Below, in pieces: positions 1 through 7,191 of a stretch of 64,000 bases of DNA; position 1 is the stretch's first letter; each line of letters opens with the position of its first letter. A program made the translations under genes and the position numbers. The notes under the pieces were generated by a model. The model was given only the letters and a program-made list of their open reading frames with translations. It was not told where the DNA came from and did no database searches. Source of the stretch: an uncultured Parcubacteria group bacterium (lineage in GTDB: Bacteria; Patescibacteriota; Patescibacteriia; UBA9934; CAMTUG01); the NCBI GenBank assembly GCA_947084965.1, contig CAMTUG010000001.1:211914-275913 (forward strand). The letters are read 5' to 3'.

Positions 1-243
1 GCGGCGGGCGGCGGCCACCTTGCGCTTCTCGGCGGCGTTGGCGCGGCGGGCGGCGTAGCGGGCGGCGCGCTCCTCGCGGGCCTTCTTGTTCGCCGCGGTC
101 TTGGCCTCGCGCTCGGCCTTCGCCGTCGCCTTCGCCTCGGCCCGCATCTGCCGGACCACGGCTTCCTTCTCGGCCTCCGTGGTGTCGGGGTTGAGGTTCT
201 GGATGGCGGCCTTCTCGGCCGAGGTCAGGTTGCGGAAACGCAT
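1..243 (-). CDS. hypothetical Lys/Ala/Glu-rich protein, 3' end cut by window edge (ATG at 241-243 on minus strand)
   Basis: Open minus-strand frame from ATG(243) to position 1 with no stop (MRFRNLTSAEKAAIQNLNPDTTEAEKEAVVRQMRAEAKATAKAEREAK...). AGGAG SD 7 nt upstream. GC3-rich codons like neighbouring high-GC genes. Absent from the ORF track because no stop lies inside the window. Confidence 0.45.
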   Translation of the reverse strand, partial: MRFRNLTSAEKAAIQNLNPDTTEAEKEAVVRQMRAEAKATAKAEREAKTAANKKAREERAARYAARRANAAEKRKVAAARR

Positions 244-331
244 GGCAGACTCCTGTGGTTGGACGTGAATTGGGATTGTGAGACGTTCTCTGGGGAGAGA
301 ATTCGCGGGGGAGACTTTTTAAATCTCATTC

Positions 332-378
332 CCGCAACAGATGCCACGAGTTATCTCGCGATCTCTGTTGCGGAGGGG
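332..378 (-). promoter_or_regulatory. palindromic element A1 (CCGCAACAG-N24-CTGTTGCGG, with conserved CTCGTGGCATCTG core) upstream of gene 1..243
   Basis: Near-identical copy at 1480-1522. The 9-bp inverted repeat arms and the 19-nt core CCGCAACAGATGCCACGAG are read directly from the sequence. Confidence 0.5.
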
Positions 379-409
379 ACAAGCCGTAGTGCCTGTCCCA
401 CTCCATCGA

Positions 410-667
410 TCACTCGACACCGCTGTCGGTGTCGGCTGGTTGGCCGGTATCGACCTCGACATCGACCTCGTCGCTGTCGATCGAGAGTTCCTCGACCAGG
501 ACGACGTATCCGGTGTCCTGCTTTCTGCAGCCGACGTCGCTGGTTCTGCTGAGGACCCCGTCGACGACGATCAGGGCGCAGACGATTCCGATGAGGACGA
601 CGACGAGCGCCCCGATCGTGGCGCAGACGTCGTATGCCACTTCCCAGACCATATCGATGATTTTCAT
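410..667 (-). CDS. small hydrophobic membrane protein (85 aa)
   Basis: ATG at 667 (MKIIDMVWEVAYDVCATIGALVVVLIGIV...) preceded by a GGAGAC SD. One predicted TM helix and an acidic C-terminus. The 361-aa ORF 410..1495 listed in the track is a spurious 5' extension across two other genes. Confidence 0.5.
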   Translation of the reverse strand: MKIIDMVWEVAYDVCATIGALVVVLIGIVCALIVVDGVLSRTSDVGCRKQDTGYVVLVEELSIDSDEVDVEVDTGQPADTDSGVE

Positions 668-714
668 GGTGTCTCCATGTCGGCGTTGCCGACGCGTGTG
701 AACGGACAGTGTGT

Positions 715-788
715 GTCCGCGAAAGAGGTGGCGAGCGATGCTCGTAAGCTCTTTTGCGGAGAGGATCGACCGTAGTGTCGATCCTCTC
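715..788 (-). promoter_or_regulatory. conserved intergenic element B1: 12-bp-stem hairpin (GAGAGGATCGAC..GTCGATCCTCTC) plus conserved 45-nt CCGCAAAAGAGCTTACGAGCATCGCTCGC..CTCTTTCGCGGAC
   Basis: A second copy at 1907-1973 has an identical 45-nt core but a different-sequence hairpin (GGGAAGTG..CACTTCCC). It sits upstream of gene 410..667 and downstream of gene 829..1401. Confidence 0.5.
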
Positions 789-828
789 TCACGCTGCAGA
801 CAGTGCCGGGTCTGCGAGCCGGGGCTGG

Positions 829-1401
829 TCAGTCCGCCACGACCTGCCAGGCGTCCCAGTAGGCCACGACCTCGACGGCCCGGGCCCGGATCTCGTCGCC
901 GGTGAGCGCCAGCGCCTCGTTGTTGCCGCCGGCGAGGTTCTTCACGAACCGCTCGTACCCGACCGGCGCCTTCGGACCGGCGAAGGCGAGGACCGCCACA
1001 AGGACGTGGGTGCAGTCCCTCTCCGAGATGTGGTGGAACTTCTCGGGCGTGCGCATCACGTCGGGGTCGGCGAGGTAGGCCTCGCGGGTGTACACGATCG
1101 CGGCGCAGGACTCGGCCGGGGCGGCGCAGGTGCGCTTGAGGAACAGGGAGGCCTGGCCGCGGTGCATCCGCACCACGTAGTCCTCGGGGTTCTTCGTGGT
1201 GCGCCCGACGCCCGCGCTGACCGTCTCGAGCACCTCGCTCGGCAGCATGATGAAGTGCTGGCCGGTCTGGCGGTCGGTCGACGGGTCGTGGGCGGCGACG
1301 GCGGCCTTGAGGACCTCCATGAAACGGGTGGGGTTGGTGACCTTCGTGCCGATCGTCTCGGTGGCGAAGGCGGTGAGGATGGACGAGTGGGCGATACGCA
1401 T
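829..1401 (-). CDS. hypothetical protein (190 aa)
   Basis: ATG at 1401 (MRIAHSSILTAFATETIGTKV...) with a GGAGAA SD 7 nt upstream. Strong GC3 bias. Track ORF 829..1446 is the same frame with 15 extra residues. Confidence 0.55.
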   Translation of the reverse strand: MRIAHSSILTAFATETIGTKVTNPTRFMEVLKAAVAAHDPSTDRQTGQHFIMLPSEVLETVSAGVGRTTKNPEDYVVRMHRGQASLFLKRTCAAPAESCAAIVYTREAYLADPDVMRTPEKFHHISERDCTHVLVAVLAFAGPKAPVGYERFVKNLAGGNNEALALTGDEIRARAVEVVAYWDAWQVVAD

Positions 1402-1463
1402 CTGTTGTTCTCCGTTCGTGTTGACTGATGCCGGACCTTTGGCCACCGGCTTCCCCTAGGGAG

Positions 1464-1527
1464 CGTTGCGGAAGTTTTTCCGCAACAGATGCCACGAGCT
1501 TAGCTCATGAATTCTGTTGCGGCGGGG
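1464..1527 (-). promoter_or_regulatory. palindromic element A2 (copy of A1) with an extra TTGCGGAA/TTCCGCAA hairpin
   Basis: CCGCAACAG 1480-1488 and CTGTTGCGG 1514-1522. The shared 19-nt core CCGCAACAGATGCCACGAG is identical to 332-350. Lies 63 nt upstream of the start of gene 829..1401. Confidence 0.5.
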
Positions 1528-1580
1528 AACGATGTGTTGCTCCCCGTCCACGTGAGTTCTCCAGGGTGAAGGTGCGTTGC

Positions 1581-1856
1581 TCAGTTGAAGGTGATGGCCA
1601 CCTCCAGCTCGTTCGCCTGCGCCTCGAGGCTGCGGGCGACGGCCTCCGGGCTGAAGGCCTCCGGGTTGGTCGCGAGAAGCTCCGTGAGTTCCTCGATGAA
1701 GATCGCACTCACGCGGTTGAGTGCTTCAGGCCTCTTCCCTCCGAGGAGGAGGATGAACCAGTCCGGGCGCTTGCGCAGCAGCTCGGCCTGCGCGCGCAGG
1801 ACGCCGATCTGCTTCTTCACGAACGCGACTTGCGCGTCCAGTTCTTCTTCCTTCAT
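1581..1856 (-). CDS. hypothetical small helical protein (91 aa)
   Basis: ATG at 1856 (MKEEELDAQVAFVKKQIGVLRAQAELLRKRPDWFILLLGGK...) with an AGGAG SD. Track ORF 1581..2036 is the same frame extended. Confidence 0.5.
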   Translation of the reverse strand: MKEEELDAQVAFVKKQIGVLRAQAELLRKRPDWFILLLGGKRPEALNRVSAIFIEELTELLATNPEAFSPEAVARSLEAQANELEVAITFN

Positions 1857-1906
1857 GGGGGACTCCTGGTGGTTGTTGGGGGAGAGTTGCGGTTGCCGTG
1901 AAGGGC

Positions 1907-1973
1907 GTCCGCGAAAGAGACAGCGAGCGATGCTCGTAAGCTCTTTTGCGGAGGGAAGTGAGTGCACTTCCCG
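1907..1973 (-). promoter_or_regulatory. conserved intergenic element B2 (copy of B1)
   Basis: GTCCGCGAAAGAG...GCGAGCGATGCTCGTAAGCTCTTTTGCGGAG is shared with 715-760. It is followed by a compensatory hairpin GGGAAGTGagtgCACTTCCC. Confidence 0.5.
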
Positions 1974-2036
1974 CCTAGCGTCGTTAGCGCGAATGAACGA
2001 TTCAGTCCTCCTAGTTGGTTTGTTGTTGGTTGTCAT

Positions 2037-2666
2037 CTAGGCCGCCGCCTGCTTCTTGTTCGCCGCGTAGCACGTCTCGCAGAGGATCCCGCGGGCGGGG
2101 TCGAGCAGCTTGCTCTCCTTGCCCATGACCTTGGCGGTGACGAACCCGCCGCAGGTGGTGCAGGAGTAGTGGGCGTGCTTCTTCCCTTCCAGCTTGCAGT
2201 GGCAGGTCTTGTCCTCCGGCAAGATCACGGCGTTGAAGACGATCTTCGCCGGGGCCGCGGCGAGCTTGTGGGCACGGGCGGCGTCGCGGCGCTTCTTCTC
2301 GTCCCGCACGTAGCGCCACCAGGCGATCTCGTGCTGGTCCTGCACGTGCGGCGGCTCCTCGTCCTCGTCGACCATCTCCTCGTCCTCGTCGGCCTCGCTC
2401 TCGCTGCCGCCGATGAGGTCGACCCAGGACTCGACCCCCGGGCTGCGGTAGACGAGGTCGGCCGGGCCCCAGGCGCTGAAGCCCTCGAGGTCCGAGTCGT
2501 CCAGCCCCTGCTCCTGGGCCAGCGCGAGGATCTCGTCGAGCTGGTCCTGGTTGAAGGTGCGGGACTTGTTCCCGATCTCGTACATGTCGCGCTCGGTGGC
2601 GCGGTCGTTCATCTCGCCGGCGTAGCGGGCGGCGGCGAGGGCGACGACGTTCTGGGGCTTGGTCAT
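2037..2666 (-). CDS. hypothetical acidic protein with C-terminal Cys-rich zinc-ribbon-like motif (CHC..H..C..C...C..C)
   Basis: ATG at 2666 with an AAGGAG SD. Asp/Glu-rich middle (EADEDEEMVDEDEE). C-terminal KTCHCKLEGKKHAHYSCTTCGG...CETC. Confidence 0.55.
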   Translation of the reverse strand: MTKPQNVVALAAARYAGEMNDRATERDMYEIGNKSRTFNQDQLDEILALAQEQGLDDSDLEGFSAWGPADLVYRSPGVESWVDLIGGSESEADEDEEMVDEDEEPPHVQDQHEIAWWRYVRDEKKRRDAARAHKLAAAPAKIVFNAVILPEDKTCHCKLEGKKHAHYSCTTCGGFVTAKVMGKESKLLDPARGILCETCYAANKKQAAA

Positions 2667-2835
2667 GGGATGCTCCTTCGGCTCAGTACGAGCAGATGGT
2701 TGTCGGTGGTGTCAAAGAGACCGTTTGGTAGTGGTCAGCTATCCGCAGCAGGGGTTGCTTGCCGGAACTCAGGAGCGAATCAAGGATTCGCTTCTAGGTT
2801 CCGGGTAGGGTGCGAGTGCACACCCTCCCGAGAGA

Positions 2836-3057
2836 TCACTTGGCCGCGATCGAGTCGCGGACGTTGGTCATCGGGACGCCGCCGTGGCGCCAGACGATGA
2901 CCTTGGCCGCCAGCTGGGGGTTGCCGCCGTAGCTGACGCGGCTGGTCGTGGCCCAGCTCATGGCGATCATGGCGATGGCGAAGCCGATGGTGATGAGGGT
3001 GGCGATCTGGATGTTGTTGGGGTTCGAGGCGTACTCGATGATCTGGGTGATGTCCAT
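2836..3057 (-). CDS. small membrane protein (73 aa)
   Basis: ATG at 3057 with an ACGGAG SD. Nearly every codon ends in G/C. Hydrophobic core IATLITIGFAIAMIAMSW. Confidence 0.5.
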   Translation of the reverse strand: MDITQIIEYASNPNNIQIATLITIGFAIAMIAMSWATTSRVSYGGNPQLAAKVIVWRHGGVPMTNVRDSIAAK

Positions 3058-3205
3058 GTGGGCTCCGTGGAAGAGGCATGGTCGTGTGACCGCGCCGGGG
3101 TGGGTGTTCTGGGCGGTCGGTGCCCAGACCGGAGAGGAGAAGAGATTCTCCGCTTTGGTCTGGGCCGGGCGCGCGTAGTTCGCACCCGGTCCGGAGAAGT
3201 GCGGC

Positions 3206-3433
3206 CTAGGCGGCCGCGGTGGTGTAGATCTCGATGATGCAGGCGGCGGCGGCCTGCTCGTGGGTGTCGGCGTCGATCTCGCCGATCACATGGCGGAGCT
3301 CGAGCTCCTCGGCCGCCATCCACCCGGAGGTCTCGCCGTCGGTCGCCTCGTCGCAGGCCACGAGGTCGAGGTCGATCGCGGGGGTGGCGTGGCAAGTGCA
3401 CTTGGCGGGGAAACAGGGGATACAGAGATACAT
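3206..3433 (-). CDS. small Cys-rich hypothetical protein (75 aa)
   Basis: ATG at 3433 with an AAGGAAG SD. N-terminal CIPCFPAKCTCH cysteine cluster. Confidence 0.4.
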   Translation of the reverse strand: MYLCIPCFPAKCTCHATPAIDLDLVACDEATDGETSGWMAAEELELRHVIGEIDADTHEQAAAACIIEIYTTAAA

Positions 3434-3924
3434 GGGGGCTTCCTTGGGTGAGGGACACTGACTGGCCGTGTGGCCGACGATCTACTGAGCGACGTTTCGC
3501 CCATGAATCTGGAGGGTAGGGACGCAGTGACCTGCCAAAGGCTGGTGTGCGTCATGACCGTCGAGTCCGTAGCAAGTGAGCTTGCGCCCAGTCGCTACGT
3601 TCGCCGGTCGACCGACTCGGTTTCCCGAGGTACGGCTACTCTCTCCTCCAGGTTCATGAACAAAAACCGCTTGTCTGTCTTGATCCTTTGGAGATCAAGT
3701 CAAACAAGCGGTAACGAACCCACCTATTCCTGCGCCCTCGTAAGGCGCCCAAATAGGTAGTTCGCGTTGACTCTCTCCCCAGAGAATATATGAGTTGTGA
3801 ATCCTGGGCGGTGAGCTCGTGACTCATCGTTCCAGGAGACTATTTATATCACATTTTGACCCTTCTGTCAAGGGAGTCAGGTGGTATTTGGGCCTAAGTT
3901 AGCCAAAATATTATCGGTAAATTC

Positions 3925-4055
3925 GAAGCACGAAATCCGAAATTCAAAACAAATTCGAATCGGAAAGGAGGAAGTTTTTAAAACTTCACTTTTTCCGAAT
4001 TTCCCGATTGTTTCGTATTTCGATATTCGAATTCCGCATTTCACGTTATAATGTC
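3925..4055. repeat. AT-rich palindromic repeat R1 built from CGAAATACGAAA / TTCGTATTTCGAA units around a central AAGTTTTTAAAACTT palindrome
   Basis: Same unit family as 6050-6148 and 6508-6565. The right arm TTGTTTCGTATTTCGATATTCGAATT is the reverse complement of the left arm of R2. A TATAAT box at 4047-4052 lies just before the holB ATG. Confidence 0.6.
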
Positions 4056-4061
4056 TCCACT

Positions 4062-4925
4062 ATGGATCAGTTGATCGGACACAGCGTGGCAAAAGAACTC
4101 CTTTTGCGGATGGTCAAAAGCGGTCGTTTGGGATCGGGGCTGATTTTGGTCGGGGCAGAAGGGGTTGGGAAAAGGAAAATGGCTGATTGGTTGGTGGAGG
4201 GTGGTTGGAAAGAGGAAAGAGGTGAGAGCAAAGAAGAGATGCGAGCGGATCTGATGGTTATTGAACGTCAACGTAATGACAAGGGCGATCTCAAAAAGAA
4301 CATCAGCATTGAACAGATCCGAGATCTGATTCAACGCCTTTCCATGAGTTCGTTTTCTGGGGGCGCGAAGATCGGTTTGATTGATGGGGCGGAAACGCTT
4401 TCTCTTGATGCGGCCAATGCGCTCCTCAAAACGCTCGAAGACCCTTCGGGAAAAACACACGTGATATTACTTGCGACTTCGGTTGCAAATCTCCCAGCCA
4501 CGATCCTTTCGCGCTGCCAAGTGATTCATCTCGGTCTCGTGCCGCGATCAGAGATCACCACAGCACTTGTCGACCGCGGCGCACCTCGATCGCTGGCAGA
4601 AGAGATCGCCGGATTCGCCGCCGGTCGTCCCGGCATCGCTCTCACGCTTTTGAAGGATGCCGAAGCGCTGGAGTCCGCGGTCGCGAGCAAAGATCGTCTC
4701 CGCGAACTCCTCGCCGCTTCACTCAGTCGGCGATTCGGGATCATTCAGGAATCGGTCAAAGGTGAAGACAAACGCAAAGAGGAGATTTCGCAGATGCTGA
4801 ACGTCTGGGAAACGACGCTCCACGACCTTGGCGAAATCACTCTGCTCGCTCGATTGACCGAAGCCCGCCGCGCCATCGCCCAAAATGTCAGTCCGCAATT
4901 AGCCCTTGAACACGCGTTTCTTTAA
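4062..4925 (+). CDS. holB: DNA polymerase III delta-prime subunit (clamp-loader AAA+ protein), divergent
   Basis: GHSVAKELLLRMVKSGRLGSGLILVGAEGVGKRK Walker-A-like segment, SRCQ sensor motif, HolB-like C-terminal helical domain. The ATG at 4062 follows TATAAT at 4047-4052, suggesting a leaderless or short-leader transcript. The track ORF starts at a TTG inside the repeat. Confidence 0.65.
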   Translation: MDQLIGHSVAKELLLRMVKSGRLGSGLILVGAEGVGKRKMADWLVEGGWKEERGESKEEMRADLMVIERQRNDKGDLKKNISIEQIRDLIQRLSMSSFSGGAKIGLIDGAETLSLDAANALLKTLEDPSGKTHVILLATSVANLPATILSRCQVIHLGLVPRSEITTALVDRGAPRSLAEEIAGFAAGRPGIALTLLKDAEALESAVASKDRLRELLAASLSRRFGIIQESVKGEDKRKEEISQMLNVWETTLHDLGEITLLARLTEARRAIAQNVSPQLALEHAFL

Positions 4926-4982
4926 AACTCCAAATCTCAAATTCCAAGTAACAAATAATTTTCAAAAGATCAATATTCCAAT

Positions 4983-6041
4983 ATGAAAACGCGACTACCA
5001 TTTTTCCTTATCCTTACCGTGTTGCTTACCACTGGCGCGGGGTGTATTTCATTCAAAAGTTCGGAGGTTTCGGGTAACGGCGGTGTGTGGACAACGGCCG
5101 ACGCCGGGGCGACCTGGGTCGCGAGCAGTACCGTTCCGACGCCAGAAGGGACCTCGACGATCAGCGGCGGTAACGTCACTGCGCTCCACTTCGATCCTTC
5201 GGATCCAGATGCTGTTTACCTTGGCACACGCGAGAACGGACTTTTTTATTCCTACGACAACGGTGCAGGTTGGATGCGGGTAAAAGAAGAGGCGTTGCGT
5301 ACAGGGTGGATTCGGGCGGTGGCCGTTGATCCTTCAGACAAGTGTACGGTGTACGTAGCCAAAGGAAATAACGTCATGAAGTCCACGGACTGTGCTCGCA
5401 CCTGGGATCTGGAAACGTTTGTAGAAACGAACGGAAAGATTATTTTGTCCCTCAGTGTGGATTGGTTCAATCCTCAGATCGTCTGGATCGGTACCGAAGC
5501 GGGGGATGTGGTGAAATCCACGGACGGAGGAGCTACCTGGTCGACCCTTGCGCGGGTGAAAGATGAAGTCGTGCACCTGATGGTGAGTAATGCCGATTCG
5601 CGCATCGTGCTTGCCGCGACCGAAGGCAAGGGCCTTTGGCGGACAACGGACGGCGGAGCGACCTGGACGCGCCTGGAAGACGAGTTGAAGAGTTTCCAAG
5701 ACAGCGAAGATGGATACCTTTTGGCACAAGACAAGGCAGGAACGGTGATGTACTTCGCCAACAAGTATGGGTTGTTGAAGTCGGTCGATAGTGGCGCGAC
5801 CTGGGAAGGATTGACGCTCGTGACCAAGCCGCGCAGCGTGCATATTTACTCGTTGGCGGTGAATCCTGATGACGGCAACAATGTTTTTTACGGAACAGCG
5901 ACGACGTTCTACGCCTCGACCGACGGCGGCGCGAGTTGGTCCACCCGCGAATTGCCTTCGACCCGCTATGCAACGGCACTTGCGGTTGACCCGAATGCCG
6001 TTGGTACGGTGTTCCTGGGGTCCTCGACGATTGAGGAATAA
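4983..6041 (+). CDS. BNR/Asp-box repeat beta-propeller lipoprotein (Ycf48/sialidase-like)
   Basis: Signal peptide plus lipobox LLTTGAGC. Five S/T-x-D-G-G-x-T-W motifs (TADAGATW, STDGGATW, TTDGGATW, SVDSGATW, STDGGASW). Confidence 0.75.
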   Translation: MKTRLPFFLILTVLLTTGAGCISFKSSEVSGNGGVWTTADAGATWVASSTVPTPEGTSTISGGNVTALHFDPSDPDAVYLGTRENGLFYSYDNGAGWMRVKEEALRTGWIRAVAVDPSDKCTVYVAKGNNVMKSTDCARTWDLETFVETNGKIILSLSVDWFNPQIVWIGTEAGDVVKSTDGGATWSTLARVKDEVVHLMVSNADSRIVLAATEGKGLWRTTDGGATWTRLEDELKSFQDSEDGYLLAQDKAGTVMYFANKYGLLKSVDSGATWEGLTLVTKPRSVHIYSLAVNPDDGNNVFYGTATTFYASTDGGASWSTRELPSTRYATALAVDPNAVGTVFLGSSTIEE

Positions 6042-6049
6042 CTGAGATT

Positions 6050-6148
6050 AAATTCGAAATACGAAAAACGAAATTCGAAACAATCGGAAATCGAAAAGGG
6101 AAAGGTTTAAAACTGTCTATTCGAATTTCGTATTTCGAATTTTTTAAG
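6050..6148. repeat. AT-rich palindromic repeat R2 (17-bp stem AAATTCGAAATACGAAA / TTTCGTATTTCGAATTT around a TTTAAAAC centre)
   Basis: Arms are reverse-complementary as read. It sits between the BNR lipoprotein gene and the four-helix-bundle gene and may act as a bidirectional terminator. Confidence 0.6.
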
Positions 6149-6150
6149 AT

Positions 6151-6507
6151 ATGCCTCAGTATGATCTTGAGGGGCGGACCCTACAGTTTGCGATGGATGT
6201 CCGTAAGTTTGTGAAGTGTCTTCATCGATCTGTGGCAAATACAGAGGATACCAAACAGGTTATCAGATCATCTGGATCGATCGGAGCAAATTATATCGAA
6301 GCCAATGAATCTCTTGGAAAGAAAGATTTTTCCATGAGGATTCGGATCTCAAGGAAGGAATCGAAGGAGACGAGATTTTGGTTATTCCTGATTGACACAG
6401 GCGACAACCAGGAGCTGGAAGTCGAGCGCCATCGGCTCATTAAGGAATCGACAGAGCTTATGTTGATTTTCGGTTCAATTCTTCAGAAGAGTTTGCGCAT
6501 TTCCTGA
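6151..6507 (+). CDS. four-helix-bundle protein of the 23S rRNA intervening-sequence / Avd-like family
   Basis: 118 aa. Motifs ...RSSGSIGANYIEANES...KKDFSMRIRISRKESKETRFWLFL... are typical of the 'S23 ribosomal / four helix bundle' family, which also includes DGR Avd proteins. Confidence 0.75.
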   Translation: MPQYDLEGRTLQFAMDVRKFVKCLHRSVANTEDTKQVIRSSGSIGANYIEANESLGKKDFSMRIRISRKESKETRFWLFLIDTGDNQELEVERHRLIKESTELMLIFGSILQKSLRIS

Positions 6508-6565
6508 TTTTTCTATTCGAATTTGTTTCGTATTTCGATTTTCGTATTTCGGATTTCATGAATTG
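6508..6565. repeat. AT-rich repeat R3 (TTCGAATTTGTTTCGTATTTCGATTTTCGTATTTCGGATTTC)
   Basis: Third member of the CGAAATACGAAA unit family. It lies immediately 3' of the four-helix-bundle gene, so that gene is bracketed by R2 and R3. Confidence 0.55.
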
Positions 6566-6600
6566 CCAAAACCGATCAATTCAGCTAAGCTTCAGAAACT

Positions 6601-7158
6601 ATGGCATCAACATTTATTGCGAAACATAAACCGGATTTTGACAAAGTCATCGATCATTTGCAGGCCGAACTCAATGCGATTCGTACCGGACGCGCCAATT
6701 CGGCGATCTTGGATTCCGTTCAGGTGGAAGCCTACGGATCGATGATGGAATTAAAAGGGGTGGCGTCGATCAGTGTGCCGGACGCCAAGACGATCACCAT
6801 TGAGCCGTGGGACAAATCCGTTCTGCACGCGATTGAAACCGCCATTCAAAAGTCCGACATCGGGATCAATCCGGTCAACGATGGCAAACTGATCCGGTTG
6901 ACGATGCCGCAAATGACCGAGGAATCGCGTTTGCGTTTGGTGAAGGTGGTGAAAGAAAAGATCGAAGAAGGTCGCGTGGCCATGCGCCAAGTGCGCGAAA
7001 AGGTACGCGACGAAGTGATCGCCAAAGAAAAGGCGAAAGAGATCCCTGAAGATGAGCGCTTTAAGGTCCTCGAGGAATTGGACAAGTACGTCAAAGAATT
7101 GGGGGGCGAGATCGACGCGATCGGAGAGAAGAAGGAGGAAGAAATCATGACGGTGTAG
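6601..7158 (+). CDS. frr: ribosome recycling factor
   Basis: Full-length RRF-like sequence (LQAELNAIRTGRANSAILDSVQVEAYG...LIRLTMPQMTEESRLRLVKVVKEK...). Confidence 0.9.
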   Translation: MASTFIAKHKPDFDKVIDHLQAELNAIRTGRANSAILDSVQVEAYGSMMELKGVASISVPDAKTITIEPWDKSVLHAIETAIQKSDIGINPVNDGKLIRLTMPQMTEESRLRLVKVVKEKIEEGRVAMRQVREKVRDEVIAKEKAKEIPEDERFKVLEELDKYVKELGGEIDAIGEKKEEEIMTV

Positions 7159-7191
7159 GACGAAAGAGGTTAGAGGTTAGAAGAAAAAAGA

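Noticed and set aside
829-1428. Plus-strand ORFs 754..1428 (224 aa), 341..775, 1428..1901, 1962..2900 and other long frames in 1-3460
   Set aside because: These are antisense or off-frame to the SD-supported minus-strand genes. They lack SDs, and their amino-acid composition is Arg/Gly/Pro/Asp-biased, as expected from stop-poor frames of high-GC DNA.
410-1495. 361-aa minus-strand ORF spanning 410..1495
   Set aside because: It runs through two conserved intergenic elements and two independently supported genes (410..667 and 829..1401, each with its own SD). Its translation is Arg/Pro/His-rich low-complexity typical of an off-frame read in 70% GC DNA. Only the last 85 codons are real.
3461-3800. 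Possibility that the structured non-coding stretch is tmRNA, RNase P RNA or SRP RNA
   Set aside because: No tRNA-like acceptor/T-arm (GGTTCGAATCC...CCA) for tmRNA, no GGAAAGUCCGGGCUCC-type RNase P core, and no SRP domain IV motif could be found by eye. It is kept only as an unclassified structured region.
6151-6507. Diversity-generating retroelement centred on the Avd-like gene
   Set aside because: No reverse-transcriptase ORF and no template/variable repeat pair with adenine-specific mismatches is visible anywhere in the window. The Avd-like gene appears to be an orphan.
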